DNA from: a virus
Virus record (IMG/VR): IMGVR_UViG_3300021185_002806
Reading direction: 5' to 3' (one strand)
Length of the DNA stretch: 64,000 nucleotides
Both the position numbers and the translations under genes were made by a program. The number at the start of each line of letters is the position of its first letter. Position 1 is the stretch's first letter. Under the pieces are notes generated by a model. That model was not told where the DNA came from, did not search any database, and saw nothing but the letters and a program-made list of their open reading frames with translations. Shown here one piece after another: positions 1 through 9,389 of the stretch.

Positions 1-1766
1 CATACTGTGATTCGAGTTCACTTTATAGTCCAATGTGTGATGGATATGCGGCCGCATACTTTACACAACAATGCACAGCCAATCCACTTTACAACAGTGA
101 ATGCGATGGCTATGCGGCGGCTTACTTAGAACAGCAATGTGGTATAAGTGCATTACACTCTACGTCATGTTCAGGTTATGCCGCGGCTTACTTGGCTCAG
201 CAATGTAGTTTAAATCCTTTACATGATAGTTCGTGCAGTGGATATGCAACCGCATATTTCAATCAACAATGTAGTTTAGATGCTTTATACAACAGCGAAT
301 GTCCAGGTTATGACACTGCATATTTCAATCAACAATGTAGTTTAGATGCAACATACAACAGTGAATGTCCGGGCTATGCGAGTGCTTACTTTACACAACA
401 ATGTAATGCAGACCCATTATACAATAGTGAATGTAGTGGATACGATACAGCATATTTTACACAGCAATGTACAGCCAATCCACTTTATAACAGTGAATGT
501 AGTGGATACGATACAGCATACTTTAATCAGCAATGTGGATTAAGTGCATTATACAACAGCGAATGTAGTGGATATGATGAGGCTTACTTGTCTCAACAGT
601 GTGGCATCAACACGTTATATGATAGTAGTTGTGATGGATATGAAGAAGCATATACACTGGCACAGTGTAATGAGAATCCATTGTATGCTGAAAGTTGCGA
701 AGGTTACGACATATCATATTTCAATCAGCAATGTAGCTTTGACCCACAATATGATACACAGTGTCCAGGTTATCAAGCACCTGTAGAAGATACTGTTGAC
801 CCAGTTGCTATTGATGATGGAATAAGCACAGGTGATGCAGTTGTTGATAGTATTATTGCAACACCAGACTTACCAACTGTAAACTTAATACCTGAACTTC
901 CAGCTATTGAAGTTGAGATTTTACCAGTTACTCCAATAGAACCAGAAGTAGTAGAGGTTCCGGTTCCAGATGCTGTGGAACAAATTGAAATAGAAATTGA
1001 AGCAGAGATAGAACAACTTGAAATGGAATTAGAAGTTCCAGAAGACACATCATCAAATGATACAATGGAACTAGAAGTAGAGACAGAAGAAAGTGAGCCA
1101 GAGACAATAGAAGATATAGCAGAGGAAAGTACAGAAAATGAGGACACTAGTGAGGAGTCTACAGAAAGTAACGAAGAAGAAAGTGCAGAAGAAGAAAGTA
1201 CAGAAGAAGAAAGTACAGAAGAAGAATCAACTGACGAAGAAAATGAATCTGAGGAAAATACTGATGAATCTGAGAATGAAGAAAGTGAGGAAGAGTCAGA
1301 AGAAGTAGAAGAATCTGAAAGTGAGGAAGAAGCTACAGAAGAAGATGAAGCGGAAGAAGAGTCTGAAAGTGAAGAATCTGAAACTAAGTCTGATACAAAA
1401 ACAGAAGCAAAACCTAAGTCTACTAAAAAGCAACCATTAACTAAAGAACAAAAAAGAAAAGCAAAAATTAAAAAGATGAAACAAATTATCAAAGATAAAC
1501 TAAAACAATTAGCAGATGTTATGGGTAAAGCAGTGTCGCTAGAGCAACAACAGGCTCTACAGGCACAAATAACTGCACTTATAAATTACGTACCTGGATT
1601 CAACGCATATAGCGAATCTTATATACCAGGCAGAGATTTTTATCTACCAGATGATATCTACTTAGATAAAAAGATACCGGAAAATCAGAGAGGATTACGC
1701 AATGGTTTAGCAAGTGAAATATTACATGAGAAAATGGTTGATATGCAATATGAGGGGATGGAATAA
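1..1766 (+). CDS. Cys-rich 22-aa tandem-repeat protein with Pro-rich and highly acidic linker; 5'-truncated by window edge
   Basis: Frame is open from position 3 (YCDSSSLYSPMCDGY...). About 11 copies of CxGYxxAYFxQQCxxxxLYxSE, then an E/S/T-rich tract and a basic C-terminal domain. Confidence 0.85.
   Translation, partial: YCDSSSLYSPMCDGYAAAYFTQQCTANPLYNSECDGYAAAYLEQQCGISALHSTSCSGYAAAYLAQQCSLNPLHDSSCSGYATAYFNQQCSLDALYNSECPGYDTAYFNQQCSLDATYNSECPGYASAYFTQQCNADPLYNSECSGYDTAYFTQQCTANPLYNSECSGYDTAYFNQQCGLSALYNSECSGYDEAYLSQQCGINTLYDSSCDGYEEAYTLAQCNENPLYAESCEGYDISYFNQQCSFDPQYDTQCPGYQAPVEDTVDPVAIDDGISTGDAVVDSIIATPDLPTVNLIPELPAIEVEILPVTPIEPEVVEVPVPDAVEQIEIEIEAEIEQLEMELEVPEDTSSNDTMELEVETEESEPETIEDIAEESTENEDTSEESTESNEEESAEEESTEEESTEEESTDEENESEENTDESENEESEEESEEVEESESEEEATEEDEAEEESESEESETKSDTKTEAKPKSTKKQPLTKEQKRKAKIKKMKQIIKDKLKQLADVMGKAVSLEQQQALQAQITALINYVPGFNAYSESYIPGRDFYLPDDIYLDKKIPENQRGLRNGLASEILHEKMVDMQYEGME
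36..775 (+). repeat. 66-nt coding tandem repeat (about 11 units)
   Basis: Recurring caacaatgt...tacaacagtgaatgt units with a 66-nt period. Confidence 0.9.
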
Positions 1767-2095
1767 TGTTAAATTGTTTAGTATTGGGTTTGGCACTTTC
1801 AGCACATGTGGGATTAGAAGGAAAATATAACAATCTTCACCCATATGCAATGTGTGAAACCGAAAAGACTATTGTAGGAACTTACTATAATAGTTTAGAC
1901 CGATGGAGTCTTATTGGGGCATATAAATATAGTCTTAATAAAGACCTGTCATTAGATATTGGCGTTGCCACTGGATATGACTATGATGTTGTACCAATGG
2001 CTAGATTAAGATATAAAAACTTATTCGTTATGCCAACTGTTGAAGATGAAGAAAGGACTGGTGTCGTGTTTGGCATACAGTTTGAATTAAAATAG
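1766..2095 (+). CDS. hypothetical exported protein, possible small outer-membrane beta-barrel
   Basis: Signal-like N-terminus, alternating beta-strand pattern, C-terminal GIQFELK. Confidence 0.55.
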   Translation: MLNCLVLGLALSAHVGLEGKYNNLHPYAMCETEKTIVGTYYNSLDRWSLIGAYKYSLNKDLSLDIGVATGYDYDVVPMARLRYKNLFVMPTVEDEERTGVVFGIQFELK

Positions 2096-2104
2096 GAGCA
2101 ACTT

Positions 2105-2614
2105 ATGAGTGACAAAACAACAGTAGAAGTTGGTGGAGTTAAATTCACTGGTGGAAAGTTATTTTTAGTTATAACAATTCTGAGTACACTTGGTGGCGCC
2201 GCATGGGGAGGCTTTGAATTTTATAATGACTATAGAAATATGAAAGCCAAGATAGAACGCTATGTAGCACCAGACTTAAGTGGAATTAGAGCAGAACTAC
2301 AAGTAGTTAACACAAAACTTGATGAAGCATTAGACTATTCTAAAGATATTAAAAACGGATTACGTGATGATATTGTTAGATTGGAACGTATTGTAGATTC
2401 AATAGAAGATGATATTAACAAAGTAGAAGATAATGTACGTGAACAGATTGATTTAGCTGACCAGCGTTTTGAAAATAAACGTGACCAGTTACTTACAGAC
2501 TATGAACAAAAAGCAGATAGTTTACGCACAAGCACTGATTTAAAACTTAAAGAACTAGAAACTAGATTGAATAAACGTTTGCAAAGGGCGTTAGACAATC
2601 CATTAGCAAATTAA
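2105..2614 (+). CDS. membrane-anchored coiled-coil protein
   Basis: SD ggag, one N-terminal TM helix, long heptad-rich C-terminus. Confidence 0.7.
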   Translation: MSDKTTVEVGGVKFTGGKLFLVITILSTLGGAAWGGFEFYNDYRNMKAKIERYVAPDLSGIRAELQVVNTKLDEALDYSKDIKNGLRDDIVRLERIVDSIEDDINKVEDNVREQIDLADQRFENKRDQLLTDYEQKADSLRTSTDLKLKELETRLNKRLQRALDNPLAN

Positions 2615-2618
2615 TAAT

Positions 2619-2696
2619 TGGTCGGGGTGGTAGGATTCGAACCTACGCTCTCCTGGTCCCAAACCAGGCGCTTTAGCCAGACTAAGCTACACCCCG
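2619..2696 (-). tRNA. tRNA-Pro(UGG)
   Basis: Cloverleaf; anticodon arm cctgg-tt-TGG-ga-ccagg; GTTCGAATC T-loop; encoded CCA. Confidence 0.97.
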
Positions 2697-2700
2697 ATAA

Positions 2701-3045
2701 TTATGGTAAACAAGGTTTAATAGAATTCTTATAATACAAAACCGTTTTATCATTTGTTGTTTCTACACGATGGATTACCGATTCTTTTGGTCGTCCAAAA
2801 CATTTATTCAAACTTTGACCTGGAAAACGATAACGAGTATTCATTTTTAGAAACTCCCACTGTTTTGCATTTCGAATTCTAATATTCTCATTTCTTTTGC
2901 TATCAATACAAAAAGCAACATCTGACAAGTTATCATAATCAGCCATACACTTTTTTGCAATAAAGTTTTTAGCATCCGCGCCCGTAGAGATTAGTAAACA
3001 CGTAATCAATACGGTTGCAAATTGAGCCGATAATTTAGTATCCAT
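2701..3045 (-). CDS. hypothetical exported protein
   Basis: ORF with signal-like N-terminus. Confidence 0.6.
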   Translation of the reverse strand: MDTKLSAQFATVLITCLLISTGADAKNFIAKKCMADYDNLSDVAFCIDSKRNENIRIRNAKQWEFLKMNTRYRFPGQSLNKCFGRPKESVIHRVETTNDKTVLYYKNSIKPCLP

Positions 3046-3203
3046 TATTCAGGCTCCACCCAAGGATAACAAGGAATAATACTTTGCTTACAATAACGAG
3101 CATTATCTACCAATAGGAATGGAACTCCTACAATAAAGAACAAAATAATAGCAAATGCTTTACCTAGTCCTTTTAGTGTGCAATAATTAGTTTGTTCACT
3201 CAT
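3045..3203 (-). CDS. small membrane protein
   Basis: Likely start MSEQTNY overlapping the upstream stop; one TM helix. Confidence 0.6.
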   Translation of the reverse strand: MSEQTNYCTLKGLGKAFAIILFFIVGVPFLLVDNARYCKQSIIPCYPWVEPE

Positions 3204-3624
3204 GTTCGCCACCTCGGCCTCGACCAAAGCCACCAAAATATTGTGGCTTGCGTTTTGCTGTTTCGAATGTTGCTACAGTAATAGCAATGGCACCAAGTAA
3301 TAGTGTATGTAGCATCATACTGAACACTCCTGCCCACATGCTACCTACAATAATAGCAAATACAATACACCACATCCATGCTAATACTTGCATAATCATA
3401 TGTCGTGTACTAAAATCTGGAATATTACTTAGTGGATTCTTTTCGTGATCCATTACTACATTCCAACTGTTAAAAATAAATTCTCTCATTGATATTACCT
3501 TTCTAAATATTATCTTTGTAGGATAATGAGCATCCATATCATCACGATATTCAATCGCATCATGTACATCATGGAATTCTTGGGATATTTTTTTATCCTT
3601 AAACCATGCCGTTACTTTATACAT
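3196..3624 (-). CDS. conserved marine phage membrane protein
   Basis: Two TM helices, NPLxxIPD...QVLAWMWC motif. Confidence 0.7.
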   Translation of the reverse strand: MYKVTAWFKDKKISQEFHDVHDAIEYRDDMDAHYPTKIIFRKVISMREFIFNSWNVVMDHEKNPLSNIPDFSTRHMIMQVLAWMWCIVFAIIVGSMWAGVFSMMLHTLLLGAIAITVATFETAKRKPQYFGGFGRGRGGEHE

Positions 3625-3641
3625 CTATTATCCTTTCTTCT

Positions 3642-3715
3642 TGGCATCGGTGCAGGGAGTCGAACCCCGGCTTACAGTTTTGGAGACTGTCGTGCTACCG
3701 TAACACTTCACCGAC
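3642..3715 (-). tRNA. tRNA-Trp(CCA)
   Basis: acagt-ct-CCA-aa-actgt anticodon arm, GTTCGACTC, 3' CCA. Confidence 0.96.
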
Positions 3716-3721
3716 AAATTT

Positions 3722-3798
3722 TGGTAGACCCCGCCGGACTTGAACCGACACTCGACCCGTTATGAGCGGGTGGCTTTAACCAATTAAGCTAGAGGTCT
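3722..3798 (-). tRNA. tRNA with CAU anticodon (elongator Met or lysidine-modified Ile2)
   Basis: acccg-ct-CAT-aa-cgggt; lacks the initiator GGG/CCC stem; 3' CCA. Confidence 0.93.
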
Positions 3799-3805
3799 AT
3801 AATAT

Positions 3806-3883
3806 TGGCCTCCACTAGAGGACTCGAACCTCTGACCTAGTGCTTAGAAGGCACTTGCTCTAATCCAACTGAGCTAAGTGGAG
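3806..3883 (-). tRNA. tRNA-Arg(UCU)
   Basis: agtgc-ct-TCT-aa-gcact; 3' CCA. Confidence 0.97.
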
Positions 3884-3891
3884 AAATTAAA

Positions 3892-3966
3892 TGGTACACC
3901 CTACGAGAATCGAACTCGTCTTTCCAGGTTGAAAACCTGGCGTCCTAACCGATAGACGAAGGGTGC
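3892..3966 (-). tRNA. tRNA-Glu(UUC)
   Basis: ccagg-tt-TTC-aa-cctgg; 3' CCA. Confidence 0.97.
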
Positions 3967-3974
3967 GTAATGAT

Positions 3975-4061
3975 TGGTGCCTCCTCCCGGACTCGAACCG
4001 GGACGCTTTTAAAGGCGAGAGATTTTAAGTCTCTTGTGTCTACCTATTCCACCAAGGAGGC
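3975..4061 (-). tRNA. tRNA-Leu(UAA)
   Basis: agaga-ct-TAA-aa-tctct, long variable arm, 3' CCA. Confidence 0.97.
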
Positions 4062-4066
4062 TAAAC

Positions 4067-4360
4067 TTAAACATCTTCCTCCATTGGTTGTTCGGTTGAA
4101 ATCGTATGCATCTTCATAATGATGAAGTCTATATCATCGGGTGTTAATCCCTGTCGAACTGTATTATCTTTTTCTGTAATACCTGGTAGTTCGGTTAGTT
4201 CATCATTTACCAATGCACCAATTTCGTAAAGTGGTTTATGGGATTCTTTAATGACACTTAGTGCATATTTAGAACCAAAGTTAATACGAGTACGCATTAT
4301 GCGACCAGAATTATCTGATTTAAATGTTAGGTCACTAAATTTTAAACGAGATTTAAGCAT
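4067..4360 (-). CDS. hypothetical protein
   Basis: Likely start MLKSRLKF at 4360, coupled to the upstream small ORF. Confidence 0.65.
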   Translation of the reverse strand: MLKSRLKFSDLTFKSDNSGRIMRTRINFGSKYALSVIKESHKPLYEIGALVNDELTELPGITEKDNTVRQGLTPDDIDFIIMKMHTISTEQPMEEDV

Positions 4361-4526
4361 TATAATTAGGCGCCATATCACGCTCAAATTGGTTAACGAC
4401 CATTTTCTTATCTTCAATCATTCGTTCAATGATTGCATAGCCGCTACGCTTTTCGTCACTTGCACCTTCTGTGATAAGAATAAGTGCATTCTCTAAACTT
4501 TCGATGTCATTCAATAAATCTATCAT
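4353..4526 (-). CDS. small hypothetical protein (57 aa, not in ORF track)
   Basis: MIDLLNDIESLENALILITEGASDEKR...; fills the gap and overlaps both neighbours. Confidence 0.65.
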   Translation of the reverse strand: MIDLLNDIESLENALILITEGASDEKRSGYAIIERMIEDKKMVVNQFERDMAPNYNA

Positions 4527-4744
4527 GAGTAATCCTTCTCAATCCATTCTGTTGCATCACCTGTATACATTACACCATAGAACTGTGTATTGATACAATT
4601 TGGTCCGGTATATTTCCAACGCACATCCATACACATGCCACTGGCAGATCCGGTTTCTTTAACTGCGTAACCAATCTCTACTAAATCTCCAAAGCAGTAC
4701 TCACGTGCACCACCGGCTTCGATAATATTTGGACACATATTCAT
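4523..4744 (-). CDS. hypothetical early protein
   Basis: Start moved to MNMCPN because a promoter lies at 4793-4821. Confidence 0.6.
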   Translation of the reverse strand: MNMCPNIIEAGGAREYCFGDLVEIGYAVKETGSASGMCMDVRWKYTGPNCINTQFYGVMYTGDATEWIEKDYS

Positions 4745-4803
4745 GTCAATCTCTGCCTTAAGATTAGTTTGTTTTGTTTGATTACTTAAGTTAGTATACA
4801 TGA

Positions 4804-5127
4804 TTATGAGCCTACTGTCAACTCAATAAAATCATTTTCTACATTATAATCCAGTTGTTCAACGTAGACACCCCAATACCCACAAGCATCCATAAGATGT
4901 TGTGAAGCCTTGAGAACAGAAGGAACGTCCCATTCACCGTTGACTACTTTAACTTTGTGACCTGATGCCCACTGCATCATAAAGAAATCATCCGTATTCA
5001 AACGATAGTCGGCCATATCGGTTCGCAATTCATATTCGCCATCTGCAATACCCATTGCTTTTGTTGTCTCACAATCGAATACCATACGGTTTTCGTTAAG
5101 ATTTGAATAGATAGATTGATTTGTCAT
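4804..5127 (-). CDS. hypothetical early protein
   Basis: ORF with its own promoter/leader cassette. Confidence 0.75.
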   Translation of the reverse strand: MTNQSIYSNLNENRMVFDCETTKAMGIADGEYELRTDMADYRLNTDDFFMMQWASGHKVKVVNGEWDVPSVLKASQHLMDACGYWGVYVEQLDYNVENDFIELTVGS

Positions 5128-5190
5128 AGTGATTCTCTTTCTCTTTGATTACTTAATTAATATAGCACGATTCGTAATATTGTCAAGTTT
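5128..5190 (-). promoter_or_regulatory. early promoter/leader cassette with YGAKTCG (GANTC) motif
   Basis: TTGACA(5181-86)-N16-TATATT(5159-64); CGATTCG at 5168-74; near-identical to 5435-5497. Confidence 0.9.
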
Positions 5191-5434
5191 AAAATTCAGC
5201 AACTTCGTTGGTTACAAGATTACGCATTTCAAGTATTACATATGGAACCTTGGTTGACATTGTTACTTTACCAGCCCAATCACATGCGTCTTCCCAATCA
5301 ACAAAATTCATTGTTTCTACTGTTTCAAGACCTTCGGCAATCCCTGACAAATGATATTTCTTCATTTCAACTTTGAACTGCATACCTAAAAAATCTGATT
5401 TAAGTGTTTCAAGCATTTGAATTTCATTTTGCAT
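5189..5434 (-). CDS. hypothetical early protein
   Basis: ORF between two repeated promoter cassettes. Confidence 0.75.
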   Translation of the reverse strand: MQNEIQMLETLKSDFLGMQFKVEMKKYHLSGIAEGLETVETMNFVDWEDACDWAGKVTMSTKVPYVILEMRNLVTNEVAEF

Positions 5435-5497
5435 AATGATTCTCTTTCTCTCTGATTACTTAATTAATATAGCACGATTCGTGATATTGTCAAGTTT
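5435..5497 (-). promoter_or_regulatory. early promoter/leader cassette with YGAKTCG motif
   Basis: TTGACA(5488-93)-N16-TATATT(5466-71); CGATTCG at 5475-81. Confidence 0.9.
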
Positions 5498-5658
5498 TAT
5501 ATAGCAAGTATTAATTTCATTTCGTTAACAATATCTTTGTATGTTTGAATCTTCTTTTCAATCGCATACTTTTTCATTTTTACTGATGAAGTGTTACCAG
5601 CAAAAGTAGTTAGATATTTTTCTAACTTTTTGATTTCGTTTTCGTATTGTTCTATCAT
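5497..5658 (-). CDS. small hypothetical early protein (53 aa, not in ORF track)
   Basis: MIEQYENEIKKLEKYLTTFAGNTSSVK... with own promoter and gagag leader. Confidence 0.7.
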   Translation of the reverse strand: MIEQYENEIKKLEKYLTTFAGNTSSVKMKKYAIEKKIQTYKDIVNEMKLILAI

Positions 5659-5715
5659 TTTTCTCTCTCTTGATTATGTATTTAATATAACACGATTCGG
5701 GGATTTGTCAAGTTT
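5659..5715 (-). promoter_or_regulatory. early promoter with YGAKTCG motif
   Basis: TTGACA(5706-11)-N16-TATATT(5684-89); CGATTCG at 5693-99. Confidence 0.9.
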
Positions 5716-6843
5716 TTAGTCGTCCCTTTCACCATATCCATAATCGATAACAACTGGAAATCTTGGAACGCCATCATTAGATAATTCAAAGTATCTGCAA
5801 GTAGCCCACGTGGGAGTTTCAGCATTTAGGAGTTCTTTTAATTTCTCTTGTGAACCTCTAACACCTGAACTGAATTTTGTACCATTTGCAAGTTGAAGAT
5901 TAAACCTTTTTGCATAACCTGACCAGTTACCATTACCTTCCTCAATACTTACTACAGTAAATTCTTCTGTGATAAATTCTTTTCGCTTTAGAAGATTTTT
6001 ACTTCTCTTACATTCGTAAGCAGTATCCTGTCTAACCATTTGACCTTCATACCCTGCCTCTGTGTATTCACCATACATTTTATCAATTTCGGCAGTAGTA
6101 TCTGTTTTAGTAGTTTCAACTAAAACAACCATTAATGGATTAGCAAACTTTCCAACATTATCTTCTAACCATTTACTTCTTTCAGTAAATGTCATATCTG
6201 GATTGTTTTTATCAAACATATCATAAACATGATACTCAACTAATTCTGCACTCTCGGCAATTTCTTCTGGTCTACATTTTACTTTTCTAACAAGCGAAAC
6301 AATCTTTTGAAAGTCTGCTTTAAGATTATGATTGTAAAGTTCACCATCTAAAACTACACTAGGATTATTATCAATTATAGTTTGTAGAGTTTTCATAATG
6401 TGCGGACAACTATTGATTGGCTTTCCGCTCCTTGAATTCATACCATGTTTATCAACTAAACATCTAATACCATCTAGTTTCGGTTGTGTGTAACCGCTAG
6501 TAACTGGCTTCTTTGTAAAATCATTAGCTAACATAGGTTTGAATAGTTCGTAACTATCAACATCATCTATGTTTTCAAAATATTCTTTATCTGCTTTTTG
6601 GTCCCAACTAGATTTTGCTTCTGAAATGGCTTGGGTCTTGGCAGTTGTTCCATTTGCTTTGCCAACATTCTTAGCAATAGACATATTCCATTCGCTAGTA
6701 ACTTTCTGACCATCAATCAACCCGGCAATAGTTCTTGTACCAGCAACATCATCCGAATCAAAACCGTATTCTACAGTCCAAATCCTTAATTTGCCCTTTG
6801 TATCTCTTTTATATAAACTCGCCAAACTTGTGATATTTTGCAT
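5716..6843 (-). CDS. ATP-dependent DNA ligase
   Basis: Motif I QPKLDGIR, LDGELY, EGQMVR, K.K and C-terminal PRFP. Confidence 0.95.
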   Translation of the reverse strand: MQNITSLASLYKRDTKGKLRIWTVEYGFDSDDVAGTRTIAGLIDGQKVTSEWNMSIAKNVGKANGTTAKTQAISEAKSSWDQKADKEYFENIDDVDSYELFKPMLANDFTKKPVTSGYTQPKLDGIRCLVDKHGMNSRSGKPINSCPHIMKTLQTIIDNNPSVVLDGELYNHNLKADFQKIVSLVRKVKCRPEEIAESAELVEYHVYDMFDKNNPDMTFTERSKWLEDNVGKFANPLMVVLVETTKTDTTAEIDKMYGEYTEAGYEGQMVRQDTAYECKRSKNLLKRKEFITEEFTVVSIEEGNGNWSGYAKRFNLQLANGTKFSSGVRGSQEKLKELLNAETPTWATCRYFELSNDGVPRFPVVIDYGYGERDD

Positions 6844-6871
6844 ATTTTCTCCTGATCCTGATTATGTATAT

Positions 6872-6899
6872 ATAATAACATGGAATGCTATTTTGTCAA
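6872..6899 (-). promoter_or_regulatory. early sigma70-like promoter for ligase
   Basis: TTGACA-N16-TATTAT with extended TG. Confidence 0.8.
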
Positions 6900-7280
6900 G
6901 TTTTTTTCAGCATTTCGGTATGCTTTTAGCATAACTTCCTGCATATCAAATGCTTCAATTTCCCAAGGACGCTTTAAGTAAGGAACATCAGAACACTCAA
7001 ATAGTGGATGTTCTTTTCTTACATCTTGTTTAATATGTACAAATTCGTGGAATATGCTTGTAAGTAAATCATCTTCACTCAAACCCTTACGTACACGCAT
7101 TGTATATTCACGGTATTCATCACCGCTTATTACGTCTGCATCAACTTTGATATTAGGGCGAATTTCAATATCTATTTCTATATTCTTGTGCCGTGGGAGC
7201 AAGTAGTCCTTAGCAAACCAAAGTGCCTTAACTACCAATTCTTTCTCTTTTTTCAGGCCGCCTTTTATAGAATATAGCAT
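6888..7280 (-). CDS. HExxH zinc metallopeptidase-like phage protein
   Basis: HEFVHIKQ and PWEIEA motifs. Confidence 0.75.
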   Translation of the reverse strand: MLYSIKGGLKKEKELVVKALWFAKDYLLPRHKNIEIDIEIRPNIKVDADVISGDEYREYTMRVRKGLSEDDLLTSIFHEFVHIKQDVRKEHPLFECSDVPYLKRPWEIEAFDMQEVMLKAYRNAEKNLTK

Positions 7281-7332
7281 ATTTTTCTCTCATTGATATT
7301 TACTAGGATATTCTTGGTATTAAATGCGTAGA

Positions 7333-7938
7333 TTATTGTGCTACGTTGTCTCCGAATTCAGAGTAATTGTGAAAAACATAGTTCCAAAGTTGACTGATAT
7401 TTTCAATTTCTGAACCTAACTTTAGAGCATATGTTGAAATCTGATTTGATACAGAATTATAATCAACATCATCTAACAGACAATCTTCAAGCATTTTTGT
7501 AACGCATTCTTTTACTTGAACATAACGCATGTTTTCTAGTTTACGTGCAACCCATTTCTTACCTGCATAACGTCCTGTCTGCATACGTACTTTTGGGTCA
7601 CGTGTAATGCAAGTGTATCCTTCTGATTCATAGATTTCAGAAAATAACTGATACTCAGATTGTAAATCTTCTTTATCAACATCACCTAATTCTTCATAAG
7701 AAACAGTCCATTCATCTTTTTTAGTACTGCTAAGAATTCGTAGGAAAGTTGTAGTAGAACCTGATTGAGCAGAATCTTTTCCTGAAAGAGCATATGCGGC
7801 TTTTGAAAACGCATTTGTAACTGTTACGTTCTGCTTATAATTTTCTTGTGAAGTTTGCCAAATGTGATACATTTTTCGAGTATCATTTGCAAAAATGCAA
7901 AATGTATGGGGAACTTTAATTGTTTCTAACTCTGACAT
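7333..7938 (-). CDS. hypothetical early protein
   Basis: Long ORF with own promoter. Confidence 0.75.
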   Translation of the reverse strand: MSELETIKVPHTFCIFANDTRKMYHIWQTSQENYKQNVTVTNAFSKAAYALSGKDSAQSGSTTTFLRILSSTKKDEWTVSYEELGDVDKEDLQSEYQLFSEIYESEGYTCITRDPKVRMQTGRYAGKKWVARKLENMRYVQVKECVTKMLEDCLLDDVDYNSVSNQISTYALKLGSEIENISQLWNYVFHNYSEFGDNVAQ

Positions 7939-7967
7939 ACTAAGTCCTTTTTTCTGAGTATGTATAT

Positions 7968-7995
7968 ACTATAACACGATTCGCTAGTTTGTCAA
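7968..7995 (-). promoter_or_regulatory. early promoter with YGAKTCG motif
   Basis: TTGACA(7990-95)-N16-TATAGT(7968-73); CGATTCG at 7977-83. Confidence 0.9.
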
Positions 7996-7997
7996 GT

Positions 7998-8480
7998 TTA
8001 TGGAGAGTATTCGAAATTTTGAGTATCATCATTAATGCTAATTTGTTTAGCACCATTACTGATATGAAAATGAGTGGCCATCGGAGTAAGTGGTGATAGT
8101 GTTACAACTTTTTCTATTCCTTTTTTCTTAGCAAGTTCTAAAACTTTTTTTACTATTTCTTTTCCTGCTCCACGTTTACGTGACCATACGGTATAAGCAA
8201 CTGCAACTTTATTATCTTTTTTTAGATACGCAAGTTCACTCATCATGTCTAACTCACGTACACTTGTTGGTACGTCAGGAGTGAATGCGACACAAATAAT
8301 TGCTTCTATGTTTTCCTCATATTGTAGTCCGTAAATTTTGCGTCCATTAGTAATTCTCCATCCCAAAGTTAACTCTGGTCTAACTGGATCTTCTGTAACA
8401 TCGATATCGTCTAGTTCAACTAATTCTGTTCCCTTGACCCATCTAAAGTAATCATTAATTTTATCTTTAACTATTCTCAA
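7998..8480 (-). CDS. GNAT-like acetyltransferase-fold protein
   Basis: YTVWSRKRGAGKE resembles the acetyl-CoA binding motif; A..FH..NGA. Confidence 0.6.
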   Translation of the reverse strand: MRIVKDKINDYFRWVKGTELVELDDIDVTEDPVRPELTLGWRITNGRKIYGLQYEENIEAIICVAFTPDVPTSVRELDMMSELAYLKKDNKVAVAYTVWSRKRGAGKEIVKKVLELAKKKGIEKVVTLSPLTPMATHFHISNGAKQISINDDTQNFEYSP

Positions 8481-8492
8481 AATACAATCTCT

Positions 8493-9389
8493 TTATTCAA
8501 ACAGACTGCCAAAGGCATCTGTTTGGTTAGGGTTAATACGCAACTGTTTTGGATAACCTGTTCTTTCTTTTTTTATTAGTTGCGTCCACTTACTTTTGTC
8601 ATTTGGTAAGTTATATTTCTTTGCAATATAATCATCACGCATCTTTTCATCATCTTTACGAGTTTCAGTATCACTCCAAGTTGATCCAGCCGTCATTTCT
8701 TTCAGCATTATATTACGCAACATATAAGTTCCTTTGTTTGCCATTACACAAGAAACTATAAATTCATCATCTTCACCACCAAGTATGGGTTTTGTACCTA
8801 ATGGATGTACATTAAAGTACTCGTCCATCATTAAACGTTCTGGATTGTTTCGTAGAAAAAACATAGTACCTTTCATGTGGGTAAGTTTTCTATCGAATAC
8901 AAATTCTGCATTCCAGTCTACATCTTTGTAGTCTTTATCTACTCCATTAAATTTGTCATAGAAAGCCCCATCGCCCGGTCTTTGGTCGTTGTGCGGCGAG
9001 AATAACGTAACATCACTAAACTTTCCCGGATTGCTACGTAGAGCATCGACAATGTTGATATGAGTGTGGTCAAAATTAGGATGCATATTAAGGATTGCAT
9101 CACTATCTGCAAAGATACCCCACTCCTCATTTGTATCATAGAAATAATTAAATAGTACATTTCTTGCACTTGCAGGAGGAATAGGATTGTCAAGACGGTC
9201 GATATACACAACCCGAGGATCATTCCAATATTCCACTTCATCAAAGTCCATAGCGAGAATTCGTATCTCAAGTTCTTTGTCATAATCTAACCACCACTCT
9301 ACTTGCTTATTATGATTAACACTTCTCTTATTTCTTGTCTCTGCATTATCACGTGACCCATGATATGCAATGATATGAATTGCTTTCAT
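8493..9389 (-). CDS. glycosyltransferase-like protein (GT-A fold)
   Basis: ARN...FADSD (DxD) and GGEDDEF motifs. Confidence 0.65.
   Translation of the reverse strand: MKAIHIIAYHGSRDNAETRNKRSVNHNKQVEWWLDYDKELEIRILAMDFDEVEYWNDPRVVYIDRLDNPIPPASARNVLFNYFYDTNEEWGIFADSDAILNMHPNFDHTHINIVDALRSNPGKFSDVTLFSPHNDQRPGDGAFYDKFNGVDKDYKDVDWNAEFVFDRKLTHMKGTMFFLRNNPERLMMDEYFNVHPLGTKPILGGEDDEFIVSCVMANKGTYMLRNIMLKEMTAGSTWSDTETRKDDEKMRDDYIAKKYNLPNDKSKWTQLIKKERTGYPKQLRINPNQTDAFGSLFE

Noticed and set aside
36-775. Regular 66-nt repeats as a CRISPR array or DGR
   Set aside because: Repeats are in-frame coding units with synonymous variation and no unique spacers; no cas or reverse transcriptase genes nearby
773-1492. 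Ser-rich 239-aa minus-strand ORF
   Set aside because: Antisense shadow of the Glu-rich tract of the plus-strand gene
3526-3765. 79-aa plus-strand ORF
   Set aside because: Antisense to two tRNAs and a CDS
5128-5715. Repeat-spacer pattern as CRISPR or integron attC
   Set aside because: Repeats are promoter/leader sequences, the spacers are 160-250 nt ORFs, and there is no palindromic attC structure
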